DNA from: Pseudogymnoascus verrucosus
Lineage: Eukaryota
NCBI GenBank assembly: GCA_001662655.1
Contig: KV460219.1
Length of the DNA stretch: 64,000 nt
Reading direction: 5' to 3' (one strand)
The translations under genes were made by a program, and so were the position numbers. Numbering within the stretch: the stretch's first letter is position 1; each line of letters opens with the position of its first letter. This document shows positions 1-12,892 of this stretch, piece by piece. A model generated the notes under the pieces. The model did no database searches and was not told the origin of the DNA. It worked only from the letters and a program-made list of their open reading frames with translations.

Positions 1-1914
1 TACGTAACGGTTGTATATAGAGCGCAAAGGCGTTTAAATTGATGTCAGAAGTAACCTTGCTATTTTAGAGTTTTAGGGCGGCTTGGTAGGACGCGGAATT
101 AAGAAACGGCCCGACGAAGAAGATTAACAAGTTGGCCTTCGTCTAGGGGGTCAGTTAGCCGTCGTAGATTCTTTAAGTGGGTTCCTGAAATACCTTAATA
201 TATAACATGACTGTGATATGGCTTAGTTATCAAACAAGTAGAGGCTCATGTGACTACATAATGGCCTTCCAAAATGATATTTCCTGACAGCATCTACATG
301 GGACAGCTTGCCATAACATTTCCTAAAATCTAATTTGACCGCATCTTTACTATCTAGCTCGTTGAAGATTATGTTTCTCAAATCACCGAGCCCGAGGGCA
401 GTAAACCAATTGTCTTAACGTTACCTGTAGGATGGTATATAGAGTGTGGTGTTCGCTCTCTATACCGTAGATTAGAATGTAACAGTTGTGGAACGTAACG
501 GTCGCATAGCGTCTAGTCAAGGTACGTAAAGTCTTGGAATGTGGGGAAATAAGATTAGCTTAAATTTGACGTGGGAGACATATGGCAGTTGGTTGGCTTA
601 AAAGATGGAAAGTAAGCATGTTTCGATTAGGTTACTGTAGGATCACAAACGTTGTAATATGGGAAAGACCGTGCCCAAGTATGAAACGTGGGGGTTCCTG
701 GTAGAGACCTTGTGGGTATGGGGTGCAGGCCTCATCGCAAACTTAGGAAGGTGAGTCTATCCATTTGGCAGGAGGGTAGACATGCAGATCTTTAAACTAC
801 TAATTAGTTGCAGCGTCCCCAAATCGTGGATTCGACTGTGGTTCAAAGCCCGTGTCTCGTTGGCGCCTCTGCCTATGAGACTTGACAGTGGTAATAAGCT
901 GATAGAGATAAATAGCCTACTGTTTTAGAAATGACGGCGTACCGATTGATCGCTACCCCATGATACCGGTAATGACAGTGGCGTCAACTTAATATTCTGC
1001 TCCAAAGAGCCACCGTGCGTAAGTAAACTTCCTACTGCCACGTAAATATAACACCCCGCCTTTGACCGGCTTCGCCGGCTTGGCGGCGCTTTCTCTGTCA
1101 CAGACCCCCCAATTTGTCGATGTATAAATCGCTCACATACTTTTTGTTCTGGCCCCAACCTTGAGCTGTGCCTATTCATGAGCTGGCGGGAAATTATATA
1201 TCTATTATACACAACATGTTGGCGATTTCGCGACTGTTTACGGCTCCATATAGCGTTTCCGTTTTGGTACCTACTCTATCTATTCTAACTTTTATCCAAC
1301 ATAGATTCAGCTTACTGTCTTAAAGACAACTGCAATCATAATTGCGAGACCCCGAAATGTAATGGCTTATTTCCAAGGTAGAAATAACTGGAAAATGTAA
1401 CTTATTTCGTAACCTCCTACAGCAGAAAATGGATATCATCCCTCCATTTCGCACTGCACTCATTACTCTCTTTGGGTGCCCTTATATTATTCGCTCTGTC
1501 CTCAACTCAGTACTTTCAAGCAATCTGTTGGCTTACTTCGCTTTACCGTCTTTTGTCAACTGCCTTTACCTTTCAGCCCAGTCGATATGTTGGCCTGCCA
1601 GTCGATCGGTCCTATCCCCATTCATCATCACCAAAAGTCGCAATGGGCTACTGCGCCAAGGAAGCCTTTGAAGAGGCTTCCTGTCGGGAGACCCACGAAC
1701 ATACGACACCATGTCAAAACATAACCCCTCTTCCCCCCTCGTTGGAAAGTATTCTTGAGTTACAATAGCATACAAATTTAGCGGTTTCAAAATCTTTCTG
1801 CTCAAGTCTTTAGGTGCTTCTAAGCCTCATCATTATGTTCCATTTCTCGTTATTTCTACACACTTCCTCTGCGTCCTCTTCGCCACACATACCTCGCTGT
1901 ATATCAGCACCTAT

Positions 1915-3096
1915 TTACCGAATATCAAAACTTAACCCACCCACACTTCTAAAGTAAGTATCGCTGGCAGTTGCTGGAGACAGATCAGGATGCTCGAATA
2001 TCCACACAGTTCCCGGATATACCGGGTCAAATGAATCTGTCGAACTTCGCCCAGTAGTTAGGAGAGTTGGCCGTCCAGTGCATTCTATCTTTCGCATCCG
2101 AGCCAATATGGAGTGACCAACTAATTCCTGGAGATAGTCTTGAGACTCCCAATATGTGAAGCGAGGATTAATACATAGGTGGAACTGCCTCAGCTTCTTC
2201 GCGAAAGCTAACAAGTTCCGAAAAGCCGTAACATCTTTTTGCTTTTCCAGGCTCGACTTAGAAATTCTGATAGTGAACCTCGTTAAGCGGCTAAATATGA
2301 CTGAAAGCTCGTCGAATCGTTCTTTAAATTTAAACGCACTTAGCGGAACGGTGATATAATCTTGCCAGAGGTCAAGCTCTTCAATATTTGCTCCGCTTTT
2401 AGTGATTGAATCCAAAAGTATTCCCATATGCTCCCCATTAATCGTAGCATCCCAAGGTTTCTTCTGTCGCCTAACCCACTCCACATCCGAGTACATCCTT
2501 AACGGGCTCATACGTTCTTCACGAGCCACTAACCACCCCTTCTGAAACGCAAATGCTAGTCGAACGGTCTTCACCGAAGGGAGTTTTCTCAGCCCCTCCG
2601 TCAACGCCCGACTCTCATCGAACGCGCTGGATTTCGCCTCTTTAACTACCTCTAGATACTGCCACAGTCCAGGGTGATTCTCAAGCCAGCCTTTACCCTT
2701 CTGATCACGAGTGCGAGGCTCTGCTTCGTACCTCCAAGGCCTAGGCCAAAGTCGGCACAACTCTTCGAAGGGGAATTCCCTGAACCGCGTGATGTCGTAT
2801 GTAAGAGCCGTTACGTGCTCACCGAGGAATGGATGGTCACACACACCCATGAAGGCTTTGCGATCTTCTAGGTAGGGGCCGAACCACAGCTGTCTAATGA
2901 GCGGGACCTCAGACGAGATGGCGTGAAACCTGCGTGAGACGAGTCGGAGGGCAAGGTGGGCGGGTGTGGATAGATTGGATATTATTTGCAGGACGACTTC
3001 TGTTGGAAGGAGATCCCAACTGTGCTTTTTTTTGTCCCTGCGAGGTCTAGGCTCTCGGTGATGGGAGATTTGCGGGCGCGGCGAGGGGTCATCCAT
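1915..3096 (-). CDS. F-box domain protein, 393 aa, intronless
   Basis: N-terminal F-box-like motif WDLLPTEVVLQIISNLSTPAHLALRLVSRRFHAIS followed by a leucine-rich, LRR-like body. Confidence 0.8.
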   Translation of the reverse strand: MDDPSPRPQISHHREPRPRRDKKKHSWDLLPTEVVLQIISNLSTPAHLALRLVSRRFHAISSEVPLIRQLWFGPYLEDRKAFMGVCDHPFLGEHVTALTYDITRFREFPFEELCRLWPRPWRYEAEPRTRDQKGKGWLENHPGLWQYLEVVKEAKSSAFDESRALTEGLRKLPSVKTVRLAFAFQKGWLVAREERMSPLRMYSDVEWVRRQKKPWDATINGEHMGILLDSITKSGANIEELDLWQDYITVPLSAFKFKERFDELSVIFSRLTRFTIRISKSSLEKQKDVTAFRNLLAFAKKLRQFHLCINPRFTYWESQDYLQELVGHSILARMRKIECTGRPTLLTTGRSSTDSFDPVYPGTVWIFEHPDLSPATASDTYFRSVGGLSFDIR

Positions 3097-3644
3097 TACG
3101 ATTTCACTGTTGGCTAATGTTGGCGTTTTTGTGACTGTTCTAGATAGTGCTGGGTTGAATATTTCTGTTGTAGAGCTCTAAGATATTTGTTCGTCAAATG
3201 TCAAAGAGTTTACATCTTCAACATTGACTGCATGAGTGTTAGTTGTATGACTCACTCGCAGCCTGCTTGGCAGGTTTATATACCGCGAGATTTTTAATTT
3301 GAATGGACCCCAAATTAAGCCAAAGTAGCAGTCCCAAGCTCTTCCCTATTCCAGACTCCCTAATTTCCGAGCACAGAGTCGCTAACATGTATATAGCCAC
3401 TATATACTACGTGTTGGTGATTTCGCGACTGCACCAGCTCCCACAGCGTTTCTATTTACAGTAACTTACAAAACATTCTCATAACGAGGCAGGCGTAGAT
3501 ACTTCTGGATTTACCGATGGCATTATAGGACAAGCACTTCTCTATGCAATGAGAAATATGAACCGAACCGCATTAATCCTATAGTTTGAAACCATTTAAT
3601 TCAAAGCGGCATTGCTCTAGTATCTAGAGCCGTTTCTAGTCCGA

Positions 3645-5417
3645 TCAAGTAGGCGGCCCCTCTCTCTTTCTCACATTGCGCTTCTTCGGGCGCAGCCACT
3701 CCTCCATCCCCGGCGGCCAGTACACCCTGCTGTCTTCTCCTCCCATCCCAATCTCGTCCTCAGACATCTCATCCATCTCTCTTATTATCTCTGACGATAC
3801 GTTGCTAACCTTCTTAGTATCCCTAGTAGCCTGCGCCTCCGCCTCTCTCAATTTCCTCCTCACTGTCCTCTTTTCATCTTTGCGCTCGTATGGGATTATA
3901 TCTGCGAAACAATCCCACCCTGGTAGCTTCAACGTGCGCATGAGTCCAAACACAGCCTGCTCCTTGTCTTTGGCCTCGATCATTAGATCCATATCGTTGG
4001 GGCACGGGGGGAGGCTTGACGGGCGGGGGTTGTGTCGTCGTCGTTGTCGTGCTGTGACGGCCTCGGGCCGTGGCTCGGAGTAGTGCATCTTTTGCCTTAT
4101 TCGCTTGCGGTCCCAAGTCGCTTTAATGCGTGGGAAAAGGGGTATAATGTCGTGAGTGCCCTCGCGGACCTGCGAGGCGTCGAATATAATGTTGTGGTGG
4201 TGGAAGTCAAGGACGAGTGGAATGTTTAACTCTTCGCAGACTGGTAAGAGGTCATGTACTGACCAGCTTACATCGTCATTTTCAAGCACCAGCCGCTTCT
4301 TAATCGACACCGACAACGCCTCATAGTTCGCCTTGAACCGCTCAATAGTCGCCGTCTTATCGCCAAAGGTTCCCCCTAGGTGCAACACCATCACCGCGTC
4401 TCTGTCCTGTTGTTCTGGCAGCTTCAGCAAAGATAGCATCTCATCGTGATACTCTAGGTCTCTAACTGCATTCTCTACGACCCCCTGCCGTGGACTTCCT
4501 AGCTGCGTGTATTGCCCCGGATGCATCGTGAGCCGATGCCCTAGCTTTGCCCCCAGCTTCCCTACCTCCGCGAGCGCCCTTGCAGCAAAAGGCGCGAGCC
4601 TGTACCCATACACCTCGTGGCTAGCAAACGGGAACATGTCGCTGCTCAGCCTCATAAAGCGGATCCCGTACTTGTCGTTCCACCGCAACATCCGTGGGAC
4701 ATCTCGCACGTTCGCAAGGCCAATCTCTTCGACGTATCGACAACCCCTCGCAACATCCGCCGGGGCCGCCTTGTTCGGTCGATTATGTATCGCATGTTCG
4801 GGTAACATCTCGTTATGGAGGGGGTGTCTGTGAGCGAGGATGCTCGCAATGCGACACGTCCGCGAGGAGAACACTGGCGGGGTCGAGGTACGGAGATAGG
4901 TGTTTATACAGGCGTAACCAAGTCTCCCTTTCCATGGAAGGGGGAGGTACTCGCTATTTACCGGCGGCGGCCGTGCAGCATCTCTTTTCACGGCTGCAAC
5001 ATCCTCGTCGATGTCTGCCCCTGATTCGGGGTCTATCTCTGTTCCGTCCTGATCTTCTATCTTGCTCGTGGTCTCGGCGTCAGGTTTGGGCGCCTGTCTC
5101 GCTTTGCTAGCGCGTGTCCTATCAATGTCTTCCTTATCCATGCGGATTCTCTTAGCAGGCTGCCTCGTCTTCCTGCTCATTTCTAGTGTAGGCTCCGAGA
5201 GATCGGACTGCTTGTCTTCATACGCCTCCTCTCCCACATCACGCTTCCGTACCAATGACCTGGTAGCTCGCATTGGCATCACTGTACTGATTGCAGATGC
5301 GCAGTACGCTCTCTTCACTAAGCTTGAAAGACGAGTCAAGTGGGAGTAGGAGGACGGAGGTTTTACAGGGAGAGAGGTGGAGATGCGTGAGCTAATACGC
5401 CAGGAGGCTACAACCAT
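3645..5417 (-). CDS. uve1: UV-damage endonuclease (UVDE/UvsE family)
   Basis: Motifs GRLGYACINT, IRFMRLSSDMFPFASH, HRLTMHPGQYTQLGSP, RLVLENDD, LVLDFHHH, KMHYSE, DLMIEAKDKE. The true start may be a downstream Met (MPMRATRS). Confidence 0.95.
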   Translation of the reverse strand: MVVASWRISSRISTSLPVKPPSSYSHLTRLSSLVKRAYCASAISTVMPMRATRSLVRKRDVGEEAYEDKQSDLSEPTLEMSRKTRQPAKRIRMDKEDIDRTRASKARQAPKPDAETTSKIEDQDGTEIDPESGADIDEDVAAVKRDAARPPPVNSEYLPLPWKGRLGYACINTYLRTSTPPVFSSRTCRIASILAHRHPLHNEMLPEHAIHNRPNKAAPADVARGCRYVEEIGLANVRDVPRMLRWNDKYGIRFMRLSSDMFPFASHEVYGYRLAPFAARALAEVGKLGAKLGHRLTMHPGQYTQLGSPRQGVVENAVRDLEYHDEMLSLLKLPEQQDRDAVMVLHLGGTFGDKTATIERFKANYEALSVSIKKRLVLENDDVSWSVHDLLPVCEELNIPLVLDFHHHNIIFDASQVREGTHDIIPLFPRIKATWDRKRIRQKMHYSEPRPEAVTARQRRRHNPRPSSLPPCPNDMDLMIEAKDKEQAVFGLMRTLKLPGWDCFADIIPYERKDEKRTVRRKLREAEAQATRDTKKVSNVSSEIIREMDEMSEDEIGMGGEDSRVYWPPGMEEWLRPKKRNVRKREGPPT

Positions 5418-6050
5418 GTAGCTACCGAACGAATTGAATCTGTGACGCGTATTATTCGTCCGCCTCTAAAGCTGTCGGTATAGCTGTTGTATAGCCATCT
5501 CAATTGCTATATGTATCCCAAAGTTGTTATCGCAGGCAAATGCGCGCCCTAGACGGAGGGATGACGTCTGTGACTGCTACGTCATCACCATATTCTCTAC
5601 CTCACGCGAGTACTTACTCACGCCCAACTACTAGCTGGGCGGGTATGTACCTGTAATGGAGCGGGTACCCGTAGCGGGAGGCGCCTGCTAATTGTCAGAT
5701 GACAGCCAAGTCCAGGATGTGTCGCCGAACATGCGAGCGATTCCGAGAAAGCGAAAACTATGTGGGCTCTCCCAGAAAAATTGACTGGCAAGACGTTTAA
5801 TTGGTAGTTACAGGCAAACGCAAGTGCACTATGGAACTGCTTTAAATGTGTTCTTATTATGGCTTTCAGATGTATTGACAGTATAAACAGACTAGTTATC
5901 CTTCAATGCTGCCAAGGTCGAGAAAATCTGCCCAGTCCCACCAAATCTAAGCCCCCTTCTCCCCCTTTCCCGTACAATCTAGAGTTGTATTGTTAGCCTC
6001 ATTTCTGCCTCAACCGAGAATTTTCAGAGTCCTCAATAAAACTAAGGGAT

Positions 6051-9000
6051 TTAGAAACGTACCAGCACATCCAAGTCATCCAGAACATCCTTATTCTCAT
6101 CCAACCTGAAATAAATCCTCCTCAGATCACTCAGCGCTGATAATACACCCCTTCCATCATTAACAGGCGCAAGCTCTTTCATGGCATCCAGTAGTATTAC
6201 CGCATACTCTTTTGCCTCGCCCCACCGGTTTTGTGCACTGCAAAGATCTTCCAGGCGCTTTATTGTTGTCAGAACATATGGATCAAGATGCGTGGTTGCA
6301 GCTTTTTTCTGTGACGCCAGGACGCCCAGATATAGCATTTCTGCGTTATCAAACTCCTTTTGCTTGACAAGAGTCTTTGCGAGGGATTCCATTGCATCTA
6401 GGGTCAGCGGATCATCATCGCCCAAAATTCGAATCCGCGACTCCATGATCGTCAGTTCGAGCGCCTCTGCTTCATCCAGTCGACCTTGGTACCAGTAAAT
6501 ATTCGCAAGCTTGACTTTGGTGTCAATGTAGTCCTCGCTGTCTTCACCCGCCATTTCGAGGTATATCTCTAGCATCTCCAATCTCAACTTTTCAGCCTCG
6601 CCGTACTTCTTAATCTCCACATAAGTATATGCTAGGTTGCTCATTGATTGCAACGTTTTTTCGTCCGCTGGACCCAAAGCTTGTCGCCTATATTCTAAAA
6701 TAGTGACGTCAAAAGGTTCACATTCCTTATACTTCTCTTGGCTGCTATATGCCTCGCAAAGGATATCCATAGATTCGATAGTGTCCGGATGGTCAGCCCC
6801 GAGAGTTCGTTTTGATATATCGACAACCTGCTTCTGGAGTTCTTCAACTTCTGGCCAGAGCTGTAAAAAGTGGTATGCAGTGACGAGTCCCTGCCTAGCT
6901 GCATTTGTCTTTGTATGCTCGGCGCCGTATTTCTCAAGTGTTCGTGCGTACATTTCATGGGCAAAGGGCTGTACATCTTCCCAGCGTTCCATGTCAGCGT
7001 ATACAATCGCAATGGTTTCGATGCTTTCTAGAGTATCCTCGTGCGAGTCTCCGAGTAGTTTTCGACGACCCTGGAGTGCCTGTTCATATAGTGTTGCCGC
7101 CTCTTGCAGATTTTCTAAACTATGGTGCAGAGACGCGAGATCAAATAGAGCCCCTAAAACATCCTTGTTCTCTTCATCGTACAAGTTCCGATATCCTTCT
7201 AAAACTTCTTTCTGCAAAACCATAGCTTTGTCAGCTTTCCCGATGGCAGTATAGTCATATGCCAGACATTGCATCAGATGCAACGCGTCGTGTTTATCCG
7301 ACCCTCTGACTTTACGTTCAATTTCTAGCGCCTTTTCATGATAGTCGCAGGAATCCTGTCGATTTCCCGCATTTATGGCAGCTGTTGCGAGGAATTGGAG
7401 GCATGTTCCAACTTCGAGACTCTCGGCGCCAAGGAGTTCTTCATAGATAGCAAGCGCTCTTTTCACCGTAACCACGCCATCTTCAGTTCGACCAGCTCGT
7501 AAATACATTCCCCCTAGATTTACTAATGCCCTGGCCACATCACCATCCACCTTCCCATGGGTAGCTTCGAATGATTGCAGGGCTTTCTCCTGTAACACAA
7601 TTGCTTCTTCGCTTTTGTTCGTTTTATTGATCAAGACAGCGAGCTCGGTCTCCGCCGACAGCGTTTTTGGATCGTCATCGCCGAGAGTAGTTTTATATGC
7701 GGACGCTATCTCTCGACTTACCTGTACGGCTTTCTCGAAGAGCTCCTGCTTGTGGAAGTTTTGGAGCAACGAACGTTTGGTTTTCAGTGTCATATCATCT
7801 GTTGGACCAAGCGCCTCTTGTAGTAGATCAACGGCCTGCTGCCAAAGAATATTGGCTTCCAGCAACCGGCCTTGGTTCTCGTACGTTTCAGCAAGCCCCG
7901 TGAGATTAGTTTGTGTTTCGAGGTGTTGAAGTCCATGTTTGGCTTTCAAGTTCTCCAACAACTTAAGTTGAATGTCGGACGCCTCCTTAAACTTTGATAG
8001 TTTATTGTGGAGCTGTATAAGAACCGCCATTGCTCTCATAGTGTAATATGACTGCCCTCCCCTAGTCTTCATGGCATGCTCCATGAGGCTTTGATATATG
8101 AGCTGCGCATTGTCCCAACTGCTATGCCTTTCGTGGGTTTGGGCGAGATTGAGAAGGGAGATAAAATAGTCAGGATAAGCTTTCTTTTTGATGTACTCAA
8201 GAATTCCCAGCAAATATATGACATCTGCTTCGGCATCGTCCCAGCGTCCTAACCTACAATCTGTGTGCGCGATATTGAATTTTACCATTAACACATCGCG
8301 ATTGTGAAACCCGACACCATCTCTGGAACCCATCGTTCCGTGAAGCTCCTTCTGATATTCTAAAGCTTCTTCAGCTTTTCCTTCAGCTGCATCTACAAGA
8401 GACAGGTTAAGCCGTGCGATGTCCGTGTTAAGGTGATTTTCCCCTAGGCTCTTGAGGGCAAGCTCGAGCACTTCTTGTCCATAACTTCTTGCTTCTTCCA
8501 GGTTTCCCGCATGAAGTAAAATCCGGACGCGACTACTGCGTGACTCAAATAGATCTGCATCGTCGTCTTTCAGGTTCGCTTCCCGGTACTCATAAACAAT
8601 CCGTTCTAGAGCCACTGCCTCCTGGAATTTGTCTTCGAATAACTGATTAGCTTCCGCAAGTTCGGAAATGGCAAAAATTGTGTCGGGGTGGGCCTCTCCC
8701 AGATCTCTTTTGGAGTTCTCCATCAGCTGGGTGTTCATCACCAGAAGCTGTTCTGGGGAGTCATCTTCTTCGGGCATGGATCTGAAAAACACTTCTTTCG
8801 TTTCTTCCAACGACGTAGCTACACCTGCAACGCTAATCATCTTCATCTGGAGATACCCAAATATCTTCCTACTATTTTCGAAAAATACCGTGTGTTCTGG
8901 GTCCTCAATTACATAGTCTGGATCCATAGCATCAGGATGTAAATGTCCTACAGGTGTCCGATTTTCTGAATCTGCAGCCCACACGTCTGCACCATTCTCG

Positions 9001-12000
9001 ACGAGAGCAACAACTCGCTCATAGTTGCCAATCATGGCAGCTACATGGAGTGGAGTTCTTCGGTGTCCAGGTTCAACCTGATCGAGTAGCATCAGATAAG
9101 TTTTTTCTGCTTGCAGTCGATGTCTTGATATATCAAAATCTCTATTTTTCGCATTCGGACTTAGCTCTGGACAACGTCCTACTACTCGAACGAGTGACAC
9201 TACATCTAACTCGTCGATAGTGCAGATTTCTGCCCCTGCTTCAACTAGTGCCGCAATAGCTTCTATCTCTCCGCTAATGCAAGCCCAGTGTATTGGGGCA
9301 TAGGGGTTTTTGCGATCCATAGGGGTGTTAATTAACGCACGCACCCTATCGTGTCGAAGAAGGTGAAATAGTACATGAGATCCATTGACTTTAGAGGCTA
9401 GGCGAGCAGCGACGTGTAGGATGGTGGTCTCTGTTGGCGATGTCAACTCAGCACCGCGCTCGATTAAGAGATCAATAACATCGCCATCTCCAATGGGGGT
9501 CATGATGGCCAACTCAAGTGCATACCGCTCTTGGTATATTGCATTCATGTCTGCGCCATGATCTAGCAGAGTGCGAATAATCTGATAGCCTCCAGGAATC
9601 ATAACGGAAGAATGAAGTGCTCCGATAGCGCCATCTTCTTCAATATGCGGGGCATTCACGTCAATATCACCACTTTCTAGCACGGCTTTGAGAGTCTCCT
9701 CATCGCCGTAAAGACAGGTTTGATTGAGGAGCACGGGCGAAGCCTTTATCTTTCCGGAACTCAGCAGCAGCTTCATGATCCGACCGCCTCGTCCGTCATT
9801 CCTTTTGGCTAATATATTCACGACCCTTTCAGTAGAGATGTTGAGCTCAGCGCCACGGCCAATAAGGACTTCCAGCTGGTCTAAATTTATCTCGCAAGCG
9901 CAGTCGTTAATTGCATTGGCTAATGGTGTGTGACCAAAGTCATCAGGCACATTGATATCCGAGAAGGTTGACTTGAGTACCATATCGAGTGTAGATTCGA
10001 ACTGCGATCGAATTTGGTTCCCATGTTGCAGTAGTGACTGGACACCGTTCGATAGTCCTTGATGTAAAAGAGGACTTTGCATACCGCTAGATGGATGAGA
10101 TTGAAGGAAAAGTGTTGTCAATTCTGGGAAGCCAAGAGAGACGGCAAGATCTAGAGGTGTCAATACCCCGCCACGTGTGGCGGCACCTGCTTTAAGCAAT
10201 ACCTCAATCAATTTATAGTATCTGGCCTGTACAGCAAAGTGTATCGGCCTAAACACAAAGCGAATCGAATGCTCTCGTAGCTCTAGCACCTCTTTCGAGA
10301 ACAAGTCAATGTCCCCCGAGTGGTCTTGAAGAAGCTTGACCATTGGCTCAAGTTCGTCTTCCTCGAACATGATCATCCAATGAAGCGGCGCGGGCCCTTT
10401 ACCGCCCAGGCGCTGTGCAGTTGCACCGTTGCGAAGAAGGAACCGGACTATATCCGAATTGGCGCCTCGGCATGCAGCTGTCACAGGTGTCCCGCAGCCT
10501 TCGGAGTGAAGGTTAACATCAGAGCCGGCATTAACAAGAAGCTCTACAATTGGGAGGCATCCTAGTCGTGCGGCTAAGTGAAGCAAAGATCCAAACTGCG
10601 TAGAATCGAGGGATGAAACCCTCCCAACCAAGGATGAGATATTGATGCCCCCCCTTGTAATTATAGTCTGTAGCTCATCAATTCGTACGAAACTAAGATC
10701 CTTCGCAATCAGAACGTCGTCCGAGTAGAGATCAAACGGCATCTGTAGAATAGACTGTTGAAACAAGGACTCGTGCTTTCGAATACGTGCTGAAAAGTAC
10801 TTCTCGGCTGGAAGTCTAATCAACTGATCTTCCGCCTCGAGCATAGGGTGGCCATGTGATAACGTCTGGGGAAGCTCTCGTGAGTACGATTGATGTATTC
10901 TATGGCAAATTCCCACGGCCATAGGAAGTTTCAGCGACGCAGCTTCCCGTAGATATTCAAGCATCTTCTCCTGGTCGGCTTCGACTCCAAATCCATGGAG
11001 GTAGCACATGCTCAACTCGAACAAAGTTCTCCCGAGAATGGCTGGATCTGTATGGGTAGAGGCCATCGATTGCAATCTCGCGAATACTCGTTTCTGCAGA
11101 GGAAACGGGACTGTGTTTGCAAGTGACTGTCTCCTGTTAGCTACCTGGGTTGATGGCGGACTAGTTCCGTACTTACATCGGCCCTATACAACGACCATCT
11201 TTCGAGCGTTGAAAGTTGAGAAGTCCCAAAAGAGGATATTATTGTCATCTTCCTATAAAGCATATCTCATCAGTAAGCGTTTAAACCTTCCATACAGAAA
11301 CTCACTTTTCTTTTGCAACAAATTCTCGTTCCAAGTTGAAAAGCTTCATAACTTCCCCAATAGTTACTCGATCTGCTGCATCATCCCTCAAGGTAGACTC
11401 CAACACATTTTGCAGCAATGTAATTTTGGCTGCATCAGCCGGTAGAAGATCTTGAGTAGCCAGCAATGCAAGGCGCAGAAGATCATCTCTCGGCAACCCA
11501 TTAAGCCAGGTGATGGGATCGTCTCGATGTTGACGGTCAGCATATCTTTTTCCATCCTGCACAATCTCCCACACCATCAAGCCATAAGAAAAAATATCAC
11601 ATTTATAGTGATCTTCTCTCATCGTCGAAATCGACTTTCCCTGTCGCACCGCCGGCGGATTAAAGATAGTCGTCCCGATATACCTCGACTCATCATCAAG
11701 AATCGAGTGTCCAAAATCCGAAAGCTTCGCCACAATCTCCCCACCATCAGTCTCACAAACAAGCGTATTCTCCAGCTTCACATCTCCCTGCGCTATCCCA
11801 GACGCGTGCAACGCAGCCAACCCATTCGCAATTCCGCTGCAAAACCTGATCTTCTCCACAACCGACACCTTCTCGCCCGCCTCCCTCTTCTTCCCCAGAT
11901 ACCCCCTCAACGTGCCATGCGCCGCAAACTCCGCAACAAGATACAGCGATATATGCTCTCCCACAGTCCGCGACCCATACCCAAGGAGCTGAACAATATT

Positions 12001-12411
12001 CTCACACTCCCTAATCGGGTTATGGGTCAGCACCCTCAGTTCCCGGAGCACAGTCTCAATCGAACGCCTACTCTCCACATCATCCACCTTCCTCGACGGA
12101 TGCTCAGTAGTCTTAAGATACTTAATAGCCAAAACCTTCGCATCGCCTTCTCTATTCACCTCCCCCCTATCAACGCGATAGCAAGCACCCTCTCCAATCC
12201 CGAAGGCCGTGCCCGTCGGCATGAAACTGGTGGTTTTAAACCGATCCAAGTCGGGGCAATGAAGCACAAATTGCCAAACATCAGCGAGATCGAGACCCGG
12301 CGGGGTAGCTCCGGCGGAACTAGACCCGGATGTATCAGCTGCAGCTGGGTAGTCGTTGGAGTCGGAGAGCACGGTGCGCGCCGTCGCCTCGGTGAGGTCG
12401 TAGATGTCCAT
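6051..12411 (-). CDS. Protein kinase - Sel1-like repeat - ankyrin repeats - kinesin-light-chain-type TPR array, ~2085 aa, 3 exons (12411-11306, 11252-11177, 11126-6051)
   Basis: Introns 11305-11253 (GTGAGT..TTATAG) and 11176-11127 (GTAAGT..GCTAAC..ACAG) join the 455-aa and 1674-aa ORFs in frame. Kinase motifs GEGACYRV, LAIK, QGDVKLEN, DFG, DIFSYG; Sel1-like LSMCYLHGFGV; ankyrins LLHLAARLG, TPLHVAAMIG; TPRs LGxxHPDT. The first ATG in the frame is 12411. Confidence 0.85.
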
Positions 12412-12892
12412 CTTTATGATCCGAACCAACTTGGCAGTGTAGCGCCCACGCCTGGCAAAGGTTGATGATGAGGGGTACCCGTCATTATGAGGGTGAGAGC
12501 TGAGTATAGTGTGAGTGACTTGTTCGTGCGGCTGAAATATTGGCTGCGTGCTGGCCGCGTGGGGGACGGGACGGACCCTGTCAGCTGTCAGGTCTGGAGC
12601 GGCCCATGAGATGGTGGCGGACGCTTTGACTCCGCTGTCATTCGGCTGGTATCCGTAGTCGGGATTCAAGCTTCAAATACAGCACAAGCCGCCGAAATAT
12701 AAAAAACGTGGTAAATGCAGTGATGCGCTCCTATAATTCCAATATATCGTCCCCCGCTGGCTAGATCGCTCGCTATAAAATCAATCTATCAATCAGTATA
12801 CACTCTACGCTATCCCGCTCCAAAATGAACGAAACAAATGGGTATTATATCCCCCTCTTCCCAAAACCACACATCTTCCCTACGATTTTCCT

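Noticed and set aside
1..1900. Short ORFs and coding-like patches before the F-box gene
   Set aside because: No recognisable motifs or consistent exon chain; may be decayed sequence but cannot be supported.
11452..12465. 337-aa plus-strand ORF
   Set aside because: Antisense shadow of the kinase exon; no domain features.
12412..12669. N-terminal extension of the kinase ORF from a TTG start
   Set aside because: Eukaryotic gene; the first in-frame ATG is at 12411.
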